Source: Lingula anatina | Taxonomy: Eukaryota > Animalia > Brachiopoda | Assembly: GCA_051362555.1 (NCBI GenBank) | Contig: CM120640.1 | Coordinates: 28,854,503-28,918,502, forward strand | Length of the DNA stretch: 64,000 nt | Direction: 5' to 3' | Part shown: positions 25,216 to 37,000 of the stretch, in pieces | How the letters are laid out: the number at the start of each line of letters is the position of its first letter | How positions within the stretch are numbered: the stretch's first letter is position 1 | Notes under the pieces: generated by a model | What the model was told of the DNA's origin: nothing | Database searches by the model: none | What the model saw: the letters and a program-made list of their open reading frames with translations, nothing else | Made by a program: the position numbers and the translations under genes

Positions 25216-27894
25216 TCAGGAAGTGGGATTCCTTCCAGTTAGGTATTGCATTAAACCCATCTCCTCCAGCTGTTTGGCAACTATATCTTCCCATCCTTTA
25301 TTGGCAGCTGGGTTGATGGGACTGGGGTGCATGATGCTCTCCACTCGGATCCCCTCAATGCCGTGGTCCTGTAAGGCAGTCTGTGCACTCTGCTGAGCAT
25401 AGCGCCCAATGCCAATTATAATTTTGGCATCCAAGAGCCTTACCACTCTACAAAATGCTGTGGCGCATGCCTGGCTGACAGACTTCCTCACAGCCACTTT
25501 CAATTGCGGAGGCGTGATATTTTTGCCAGTCTTGGACATATAGGCAAGTGGACAGAGATTGTGTATGTAGCAGTTTTGAAAGAAGACTTCTGGTTCCTTG
25601 CACACTTTTGCTAGAAATCCCCAAAACCTTGCACCACTGACCTGAAAGATTATAAGTTACATTATGAAAAATGATTTTTCAAGGGGCATTGGTAATAAGA
25701 GTTGCTTAAAACATAGTTAAATAGAAGGTCAATCAGATAAAATAAACATCTTTGCCTGAAATTTTAATAATAAACCTAGCATTTTGCAATATGTTCTGAA
25801 ATAACAGTAATACACCATACATTCAAAACTGAAGATGCCTTCATGTAGAAACTAATGTAGCTCAGCTTCAATTATATAAATGAATTTGACAGATTTTGCC
25901 CAGATCAATCCCTCAAAGTTCTCTTATAGATCAATTTTCTATGGTTAATCTTTGTAGAAGCATATACTTAACCAGTATGCAAATCTCAATTTACTAACCT
26001 CACTCCTGGTACATTCCATTCCCTTAATGAGACGCTGTGGATGCTCCACCTGTGGCTTGTACACTGTGCCAGAGATTTTCAGCCAGTTTTTAACCATGCT
26101 AACTTCACCAAACGGAATCTGGGATATATAAGATGTAATTTTAGCATAAATTTGGTGTTTGTCATTACAATTTACTTCATGTTTAATGTCTGTGCAATCC
26201 TATCTCACCTGAAGACCCAGATGTATTTAACAAAACTGCACTTTGTTCCATTTTGGAGAAGAAAAAAAACATATGATGCAGAGGACAAATTATAACTGAT
26301 ACTACTTGATGAATTGTTTTTTTTTTTCAAATCAAGTTAAAAAATCTGCACTCATAAATAAAATACATAATAACTGTCTCTATCATGCAAAATGGAGAAA
26401 CTATGTACCCATTTCTAAACTTACCCCATTTTGAACCATCCCAAATGGCCCTGGGTTCATCCCTAGAAACAAGACTGGCCTCGTGGAGGTACAGTACTTC
26501 TGGACAAAGTTTGAATGTGGTTCATACGCATACTCTAGTGGGTTGTAGATATGAGTCACTGGTTCCCCCACTGGAATCTGACACAAAGTTCTGCACAAAT
26601 CCAACTCAATCTTGAGAAACTCCTCAGCTATGTTGATGGTAGCATGATTGTAATAGGGAATCTTTCTGCTGTTCATCTCAATGGATAAATTTGTGTCTGG
26701 GATGCATTTAGGCATGGGGCCATCTGCTGCCCAGAGAGGGTTTTGGGTGGAGAATTCTTGTTTCACACCCCCAAGAAATCTTTCGGATGTGTTATTTGCA
26801 GGCATCTGTGAACAGTTCTGTAGTGAGACATTGGAGTTCTGTCCACAGTTATACTGTGGTTCAGTGCCTCTTATTTCAGGCTGAGACCCATAATTATTAG
26901 ATTGCAATAAATTCATGAATGGTTCATTTTTAAAACTGATGTTGTTCTCTTGTGGATTATTGCTTTGGTAGACTTGGCTATACTGTCCTGCTGATACCAT
27001 GCTGTTGGGCATAGAGTTATGTGCATTGAGATTACCACTAAATAATACATTGCCCTGCTGTTGACTGTTTATCTTTGGTTGTGCACCCCAGGACCCAGGA
27101 AAACTGTCCACTTGATAAGTTGCTGGGACAGGAGAATTTGCCATTAGGTTTCTCTGCTCTAACTCCTGCTGTGCATTTCCATAGTAACTCATGCTTGGTG
27201 TCATTCTGGAAACCCCTTGATAATACCCATTTGGCTGACTAGGTTGCTCTTGTTTTATTTGTGTATAGCCAGGTGCATTAGTAGGCAAATACATAGAAGA
27301 ATATGACATTGCACTGTTCTGTTGAGACTCCTGCATTCCAGCATTATAAATAAGCGCATTCTCTCTTCTACCATCAGGTGACATTTGGTGCATTGTAGAA
27401 ACAGAGGATCTAAACTCCATATTGGCAGAAGAAATATGACCACTTGGTGCCCATGAACTATTCTGTTGTGGCACGACTTGGTTTTGGACCTGGTTATAAT
27501 TGTATTGTCCTGCACCTTCAGTTGGGTTATAATGCTGTTGATACTGGAAGTGCTGATCTTCTCTACTGAGAGACTGTGGAGGGTGTACAGGTCCATTATT
27601 GGAATACATCTGTTGGGAAGAATAGGGCACTGGGGGACTAGGACTGTATCCATAATGATATGCATTTACTGGTGCTCCATTTGTATTGCATTGGTTCTCT
27701 TGCTTAGGAGCAGGATATCCGGCCATCATACCATTTTGCACCATAGGTAAAGAATTTTGTCCCACATTGTACATTGTACCAGTGCCATCTGGTGGTGGAT
27801 CCCCCATATTTGTCCATTTGCAATACTTGTCTCCACTAAATGCACCATCAACAATTTCTTCTTTGTACTTCCTTTTCATGTGTAATTCTTCCAT
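25216..27894 (-). CDS. SMUG1: SMUG1 single-strand-selective uracil-DNA glycosylase with long low-complexity N-terminal extension (~671 aa)
   Basis: Exons 27894-26425, 26118-25999 and 25641-25216. Motifs: YNPLEYA, LFLGMNPGPFGMVQNG/IPFGE, RSEVSGARFWG, NLCPL, NITP, HPSPINP. A possible extra in-frame exon at 28398-28359 (MKQWKTFFNWPCL) splices to the acceptor at 27896. Confidence 0.93.
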
Positions 27895-28537
27895 AGCTGT
27901 AAATGGTTAAGAACATGATTAGATGTATATTAAAATGGGTACAAGTTTCCTTTTTTTAAAACTTTTGTTTACAATGTGAAACAATACAGGTGCATACACT
28001 TACAGTACGTTTCACAGACAATATACAGAAAATTAACTAACTGATTTTAATAATTTAATATTAGAGGTGATCTTAAATCAGGGAAGGAAAAGAACATATT
28101 CAGTGATATCTACATGTCAATCCAACTACTTGCTTATTTAGAGTTAATTGGAATGATGAATTCTATTAACCTTGTTGTGAATTGAGTGAATCTATAATAG
28201 TGGATCAAATATAATCATTTAGTTTTTTAACTTTTCAACTGTCGTATTCTAGCAGCAAACATGTATAAAGACGTTTTATGCCCAAATTATATCCTAAATT
28301 TATGGCTGCGGCGAGGATCCCGAGGCCGGACAGCAAATGACAAAGCTAGCCAGCTTACCTAGGCAAGGCCAGTTGAAAAATGTCTTCCATTGCTTCATGT
28401 CAAGGAAAAGATTACTTACTTTTTTAGATCCCAGTCGTGTTGAATATTCAGATCCACATTCCAATATTTACAGTGGTTTCTCAACTTTGTAAATACTCAA
28501 AATTTACTAATTTGCGGGACTCTTCAAACAATTCGCA

Positions 28538-28684
28538 GACCGGAAGTGTGCAATTGGACATGAAATGATGACGTCAGCAATTTCTGCGTAAATAGACGCA
28601 CGTGTTTTTCAAAGAGTGACATCAAGAAAGAGAGAGTGTGTGTGTACTGTAAGAGAGAAAAAGGGAGGGAAAGGGGTATATAAG
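28538..28684. promoter_or_regulatory. Promoter upstream of SMUG1 (ETS, CRE, E-box) plus an opposite-strand TATA box
   Basis: GACCGGAAGTG 28538-28548, perfect CRE TGACGTCA 28569-28576, E-box CACGTG 28599-28604 and TATATAAG 28677-28684. Minus-strand donors at 28420 and 28359 mark SMUG1 first-exon ends. Confidence 0.6.
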
Positions 28685-30842
28685 TAGTGTAAAACAAAGT
28701 GAAACTGTAATTCAGCGGACAAGGTGGATACTTGTACAAGTGTTTGAACCCCCTTGACCAGACTTTGAACATGCGTAGTACCGTAGAGAGGTGATCTCGA
28801 GTTTCCAGTGCACTGTGAAACTCAGGTGTTGTGAATGTTTGTGAGCGTATGTTTAAAAACTTGATTTATTGTCACGTCAGCTATGCGTGTCCTCAGACCT
28901 TAACCTCGGTACGACTGCATGTGCACTATGTACAGACGCCAGAAATAGAGGTGCGTACGTCGTACGTGGGCATTATCTTATTTCCGGATTAGCGCTGACA
29001 TCGCTAAAGATAGGATTTTCTTATCGTTTACACTGGCAGACTAAAATATGTGCCCTTCCTGTCCAACATTAAACACTGGCGCACATAGTATTCTGTCACA
29101 TAAAATTGCGTTTTCTAGTATTATGAGAATTCGGAATAACAAATACCATTAAAATCGGTTGGTCAATGTGGAAATAAAACAACGTCCGTCGATCTTTCTG
29201 CAATCAGGACATGGAAAAAATCATTGGCAAACGGAGGAGGGTTCAAAAAGGGCCATGTATCCCCTAGCTTTGAAGGTACCTCTGCTCCTTGAAATATGGA
29301 TGACAAGGGAAAAGAGAAAAAGTAAACAATTTTTCATTCATATGCATTACACGTATTGCAGTAAAATTGGCCTATACTATTGTATATTTGAACGAAGCAA
29401 GATAAAAATACCAGTCTTCATACCCTGTAGGTGGCGATTTTTATGGACAAGTTTTGTGGTTGATCATATGTCATTGCCAAATAAAGACAACGAGGGGGAA
29501 GGAAACAGCAGACAGGAACCCCTACTTACAAAGGCTTATTATAGAAAATTTTCGGCTTTTATTGTTTTTAATTTTTATTTTACTATTTTCAAGCAAGTAC
29601 TCTAGCAACCCAAGCAATATCCTTAGGCCGATCGACAGAACTTTGTATTAAACGTTGTACCATATCTGAACCTTTATGACTCCTTCCGTCATTCAAATAA
29701 CTTTAAAAATTCGAAATCGGTGGAAGAATCATAAAGACGATAGTAGTTCTTCCTAAACGAAACCTTAAAATGGTCTTGAAAACTTTGTTTGGATACAGTG
29801 TTCTGGCTGAGGAAGTAAGGTGACGCTGTGAATGTACTTAAAGAGTATCCAAAACGTGATGAAATCTGTTTTTGTGAGTATTTATCGTCGGGCTTTTTTC
29901 CCTTTTAAATGTCAAAAAACCTACACCAACTCTACTTCTATTCGCCCAAGAAAACAGTAAAAAAGTTGAAACTACCCCTGCACTCGCCTTCATGCGAATT
30001 TAAAATGTTTTTAGAAACAACTGCTTCCCCCAGCCACACACGTGGCACATCGCCCAGACTTAACACACACGCGTCTAGACCATGGTATCATTGCACAATG
30101 GTGTAAACTAAAGAATTACGGCTTCGTAATTGAACAAAAGTAGAAAATTGAGTCGAAATAACTCGGTATAATTTCGAACGTTCGTCGGAATTGAATTCGT
30201 GTACAGGTTAAATGAAAATGTGTGCACTGCAGATTGAGTTCAATTCACTCGCGGAGAAGTGAACTTGTTAGGATCCATTAGAACCTAGACGGTCCCGTTA
30301 ATTTGACAAAATGCATTTTAAGGAGAAAAAACAATATTAGCCACCAGCCAAACATTACGAATTGGCAAACGTGCTTGGGCCTCGGGCAATTAACTTTTTT
30401 AAATGGAAACAATTTGCTTTCATCTGGTTGTGGTGTCAAGTCATTGTTCCTTCCTGCCGTGCGTGAAAAAAATAACACTCATTTTTCAAACTCGATACCC
30501 AGAAGAGAAAATGTACTGGGAATCTACATTAAACGATAACTCTTGACCTCAGACAGATGCGATAAATTACAAACGTTTCCCGAAATCCTGGCTGTGTAAT
30601 TTTCACCAGATCTAGAAAATAATAAGAAAACTGCAAGCTAAATTTTTTCGTCTGCTGCTAGAATGCCTATAGCCACGTGAAATTAAGTTGCTGTTACGTA
30701 GCTATCGCGAGGTCCTCGATTTTGTCCTTGGCGCGTAACCTTTATTAACAATTTTTGTGCATATCTCACACTGAGAACAAAATTATTATGCATTTTATCT
30801 TTCATCTTTCTTTCCGATAAACGAGATGCACTTCATAGCAAA

Positions 30843-31524
30843 ATGGATTTTATCAGAAGTCTGAAGACATGTTTTCGTATGCGAGACAAAAAGCGTCGAA
30901 CACTGACACAGGAAAACGCCCGTATGTCCAGATGGGCATATTCTGCTCTTGTTCAACATGTCCACCGTTGGACTGACTTATTTTATTCACATCAACATGA
31001 AAACACTTTTTACTTGCACATTCCAAGGAAGTTCAAGACCTTTTCATAAAAAGTAACTTGTAAAAATTATCGTAACTTGCATAGAAAAATAAATAAATAA
31101 ATGAAAAATAAAACAAATAAATAAAACAACTTATTCCCAATCCACCATCAGAGAAGACGACCGGGAATCATAATTTTGATGAAAATATTCAAAAACGTTT
31201 ACAGAATTAAAAGCGCATTCTTCTTTGCAGTAAACATCCAGACAGGACTGTTACGTAGCCAGGTAAGAAAGGGGTTTTCACCTGCAGATACCTTCCGTTC
31301 AAGGATATAACGATCAAGATGAAAACAAGGGCAAGAGTCAGCAAAAAAACACCTGGTGCACATTACGTGAACGTAAATCTGAGATTGTCAAGACATACCC
31401 CTTGAATTCGATCTGCACTTTACCATCGAATTCTAAAAATGTGATTTTATCCAGGAAACGTGTACTAGTGGTAATGTCCACACAGGCTGGTGACGTCAAA
31501 AGAGAGTTTGTCGATGAGTTTTGA
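30843..31524 (+). CDS. Candidate small orphan gene (52 aa or ~115 aa depending on how 31263-31287 is handled)
   Basis: Kozak CAAAATGG at 30843, donor C|GTATGT at 30921, AT-rich intron, acceptor TTCTTTGCAG| at 31230 in matching phase, a 78-codon open segment 31288-31524 and AATAAA at 31548. No family recognised. Confidence 0.4.
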
Positions 31525-34075
31525 ATGTGAACAGTAACAATGAAGCAAATAAATAATACAGGGAAAGCAGTCTTGAAAATATGCCAGGTGCAATATATCA
31601 AACAAATATCATGTTGAATTATCCAGTAATAAGAGATAAAAATAGCTATAATAATTAAAAACATTTTTATTCAAATATACAATCTGCTGCTTACTGCCAA
31701 TACATAAATACACAAGGAGTACTTGGTCAACCCCCTCCCTTCATCTCGACCCTAATAGCCTTGTGTACTAAAACAGATTTTCACCAAGAAATAAATCACA
31801 ATAATCACTTGCATAACCCTCCATCAATGTCACAAAGAGTCTGTAACTGGGAACCCTGTATTGCTGCGCTGCATGTTCTGTAGTGCTCCTGGAAAGTAAC
31901 ACACAACTCGCCATGTTGTGTAGCTTCCCCTGTCCCTTAAAAGGAGATTCAGACAAGAATGCCTGATTAATCATAAACACTGCCATTTTTTAACATTGTC
32001 AGTGGCTCACCTTCTTAAATAGATGTGCAGTTTACATGTCTTCAAGCAGCAGTGTTGCAACTATAGTAGATTAAATACATTATAACTTACTGACTAGAAA
32101 AGTAAATCACAAAATGGCTTAAAATGTCCATAAAGTTGCATACCTTTTAATGATATGTATTACACAAAATGACCTCATGTTGAATTTGAGCATTAAACAT
32201 TAGACACATCTGCATGGTCTTACTTCCCCCATCTCTTATATAAATTGCATGGTACCAGTTTTAATCAAAAGCAGTGAAAAGCTTTTCTAAAAACACTACA
32301 TATTACACTGCAAATATTATCTATGTACTTGCAGTTTGAGTTATGTGTTTTACGATAAGATAAGCTATCTAGATACAATATGAATCTTGAATGTACGTCA
32401 AGATATTAATAGCTGATATATTTTTAAATTAAAGAAAATCAATTATCATTTCTACTTTGCACTCTCAGATGGTCAAGGATAAATGTTGACAGAGCACCAT
32501 GACGCATAAATTATAAGATAAAAATCTACATAAATCATTTTCCAGCATACTCAACATACATAAGCTGAAAATGCCATTGGTTGCCGGTTCTTTACTGTGC
32601 TGAACCCTCTGAAATAATGTACTTCATGCAAAAAAAAGAGGCATCAATTAAATAAAAAGTACCAGCATTTAACTTGCTTCCATAATGCAAAATATTTCTG
32701 TCTGGCAATATGACAACAAATGAGGGCACTCTACGAAGTGGAAATGCTTTAGAGGAATGGCAGGGGCAGTGTGCACACCCTCCTTAATTTTAATGACATA
32801 CACAATGTGCCAACAAAACCATTATATTCAAAGTCAACACAGTACTACTGAGATACTCTCACTTTATATCATTAGAATAATCCAGATGCAAGTAACCCCA
32901 CAGAGTTAGTTTTAAAATCATATCAGTAACTGCCCTCTATTCCAGCAAAAGAATACTGTTATTAATACATAAATAAAACAAATTATTCAAAAGTTATGAA
33001 AAGTAAACTGGTGTGTGAGTGTGACTAAAAATGCACCAGTTTCAGAGATTAATGGAAACTTGAAATATGAAACCTGAAGTATAAAATACTGAAGTAAGAT
33101 GCTTTAGATTTGTAAGTTATTACCTTTATGCCAGCTAAACTACATGTAAGTTATTGCAAAGGTAAAAAAAAAAATATGTGTATGCGGGGCAGAGGGAAGT
33201 TACTGTTATGACTTTGAAACTCAGTGTGTGATTTCAGGACTAAAAAGGGGAAAATTATCAAAAATGTGAACATCATACCAAGTTCATGCCAGGCTGTATG
33301 TGACAAGGGAGGATTTTTAAGTAAAATCATATCTTGATGCAAGGTGCGTGATGCATTTTGAAAATCTCAAGCAACACTGCAATAAAAGCATTTCTACCTT
33401 GAGGCACCAAGCTAAATTATACAATAATTACAAAAACACAATGTGAACAGTGTCCAGTCATTTATGCATGCTATTTGGATAATTTTTTATTTTTTATATG
33501 AGAAACTTCTCTCCCTTATCAATGAAAGAACTAACTCCTAGTGAGTTGGCACGGCTTGATAAAGCAGCTGCTACTCAACAAGCTAAAAGTGCAGGACAAA
33601 ATTGAGCAGTAACCCTGACAAGGAGAATTAACTCCTTCAGGGTAAATAGGGAGGGCTAAGGGCAGACTTCTCATAACACTGAAACAGAGACACATTAGGA
33701 CTGTAACCTCTATGTCACAAGCACATACTAGTCTGGAAAGATAAACCTCCATGCTGCCCGCCTCTATAACGCCTGTATAACGCCCACTGAACATTTGGCA
33801 CAAGCTGATCACATTCGTCATTGCAAGGACACCCAAATGACTTCTAATTGCACATAAACAGTGGGACAGAACCCCCAGACAGGAGGTTAACCATTTCTGC
33901 ACCATTGACCAACTTCAAACATGTTATTTTTTTCTTTTTCCACAGAATCTACTAATTAGAGCAATTGCCAGACATGTAACATTCAGCTCAGTTTGCTGCT
34001 AAATGAGATTTGGCATTCCAGAGAGTTCATTGTTTTCTCTTGTCGAACACCTGGTGAGGTATATATTACATGGTT

Positions 34076-37000
34076 CTATAAAAATACCGCTTTGTTAACA
34101 ATAAGGCACATCTGGTACTGTGCAGCATCAAGGTTGGGATCACAGTGAATTGGATGGAAAATGTGGACTAGACCCAAATCAACTGACCTGAATATTGTCA
34201 AATTGCTTAGTGTGACAAATTTGGTGAACAAATCCACATCTTCTTTTCCCCAGCCCTGAATGGTGGTGTCAAAGCCACCAACTTTCATAAAATCACTTTT
34301 ATAAGCACTAACAATGCCGTAGCCAAATTGTCTCCAGTACCCTATGTTTTCGGTAAATACAAATGGAATATTAGGGCAGGGATTTTGATTGCAGACCATC
34401 GCTGGATCGTACTGACTGAAAACAACAGGGAAGTAAACTTGCTGCCCACGGATTGTGTTCAAGCGTATCCTCTGCAGAGCATCGTTGTTGAACGTTATGT
34501 CTACATCCACAAAGAAAAGCAAAGTCCTGGAATCAAACATTGCTGATCCTTGTTGGAGAGCTACACCCCTTGAGAAAATGCCTTCATTATGAATAACCCT
34601 AAGATCGTATGAAGGGTATTTGTCCTTGAGTTTCTGAACAATATCATCAACTTCATGTCTTGCATCATTCTCAGTGGCACTGGGAAAATTAATCACTACC
34701 AATTTGACATCTTCATGTAATTCTAAGCATACTTTTTCAAAGTTGTGCATGAATTGCTGAAAGATGTTTAATCTCCCTGACAATGGAAGAATAAAATGGA
34801 TGGTTTTGCCTTGAGATGAATGTTTAAGGTCTACATTTTCTACATTACCATTAGAAAAATATGATAATTTATTAAATTGGTCATGGACTAGTTGAAGAAG
34901 GTTGGGTGTTTCTGGGGATGGAATATGTGTGGGGTCAATCGGTTTGTTCCATGCGTCTTCCCGGAATTCCGTCTCTGCAAACTGTTGCTGTAGATAAGCA
35001 TGCCTTCTTACTGGTACAGTCATCCTTCTGCCTTTATGCTTACGATATGTCAGCAAGAGATCTAACACATACTCAGCACCATGTAAGGGGTTAGTCCTTG
35101 AGTACCCATACAAGATCTCCTTGAAGTCTATAGTTCTTCCTCGTTGGCGGGCATTTTTGTTAATCATTTGCATCATTTGCATAAGTATATCCTGAAGCCC
35201 TATACGCAAGGCTCCTCCTACATTAACTTTGGGGTTTACCATATAATGTGAGTGTAAGTGATTCCCATACGTGTTAACACTCCTGGTAAGAAATTCCCAA
35301 ACGGGAACTTCATCCCCACAATTTGGCACAAACTTGGTGAGTGAAGGTGGCAGTGCATATTTGTTATCATCAATATGGTCATGAGCCAGCACCGGGTGTA
35401 TGAGTTCAGACATACGTCTTTCCTCTTGGTGCAGGAACAGGATCTTGTGCCTGAGATCAGTAGATTTTCTGGCCTGTAGGAAATTGTGTAAGCGGTACAA
35501 ATATGGTGGCTGCTTGAGAGGATGGAGAGTGATGGCACGGTGGATGTCCTTAGTATTCAAGGAATTGGTGTATGGTCTGCTCTCTTCTTCATAGTTTTGG
35601 TAAAATAAACTCTGCATCTGCAAAATCATTACAAAAGAAGGTTACAAAAAGCACTGGGGCATAATCTACAAAGGGTGACTGTTAGGCTCATTTCATTAAT
35701 GGAGAAAATGTACATAGCATATAATACATTGTGGTAAAAAGACTTTAATTGTTATCCATTGATTAATTAATAAAGAAACAATAGTATTAAAAGTTCAAAT
35801 ATGGCCTTAAGTCCTGTTTCAATAGCTAGTCCATAGAAAGCGTAAAATTTCAGTAGCCAATTACTTAATAATAATAATAATAATATTGCTATTGATTTCT
35901 CGTATAGCATATTCCATTTTCTTACATTTCAATGCATAAAGTTTCAAAATATTAATCATTAATACTTTTTAAAAGACGAGTCTTAAGAGAGACTTAAAAA
36001 CTGTCATAATGACTTTCCATTCTCAGATCACAATTCTGGGACACAAACAATAAAACCCCCGTCTCCATAAAATTTAAGAATAAAGTTACTCGGAATAGAA
36101 TAATTAAGAAAGACAAAGTTAAGCAAAAAAAGTTTTTTTACTTATTGGACACATTGCACTTGGTGGTCATTCAAGTATAAGGAAGTGCTCAACAAATAAA
36201 TGTCCATGTATGCATTGCCCACCCTAATTGTTAACACATAAAGATATCAGTGATGCACATGATAACCCATGTCCTGGCTCCATCACTGTGCACATGAATA
36301 CACTGATATAAACATGAAGATAATGCATCAGAATAAAGTAGCTTGTCTGGAACGATGTCACTTTTTTCTCACTACTGCAAATAATTAACAATATGATAAC
36401 CTCTTATTTCATAATTTATACTGACCCTAACCCTGACTTCTATGACCAATGCACAAATTTCACTTTTTTCATTAACAGAAAGAAATCTGATCAGTATAAT
36501 ATGTACTGAGTGGGAGAGTTCGTACTTATTACAACCTTATTAATACATACAGAAACACTGGGTTAAGACGACTTCAGACACATGAATCATGTTACGAACT
36601 AATAAGTCATTACTGTCAATGCGCCTGTTGGTTCCATTCCTAAATGTGGGAAAAAAAGCACCCACAGGATGCTTGTTGGTACAGCATAGACACATTAATC
36701 ATTGAGATACAATGTGCTAATCAACAAGATTAGATAATTGGAAACACACTCTTAGGCTTCATTTTCAGTCAAGCTGTGAAAGGTTAACGGAGTGCCTCCT
36801 ACCTTAAACAGACTACAGTAACTACCTGATCTTTTCAGTGGTGGAAAATTGTGAATTTTAGAGCTACTGTATTTTTAGGTCATAATTTCTTAAAATTAGG
36901 ACATTATCCTATTAAGTGGTAGTGACAAAATTAAAAAGCAGGCTACTCTCTTTATGTATATAGTACTATTCTAAGCAGTAACAGCACCACAAATGCTAGA

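Noticed and set aside
28797-28826. Hairpin containing CAGTGC resembling an iron-responsive element
   Set aside because: The five bases flanking CAGTGC do not pair as an IRE upper stem, and there is no C bulge at the required position.
31255-31295. XBP1-like IRE1 unconventional intron (25 nt, CTGCAG at the 3' end)
   Set aside because: No bZIP domain upstream and no CNG|CNG loop motif at the 5' boundary; the boundaries are GT-AG instead.
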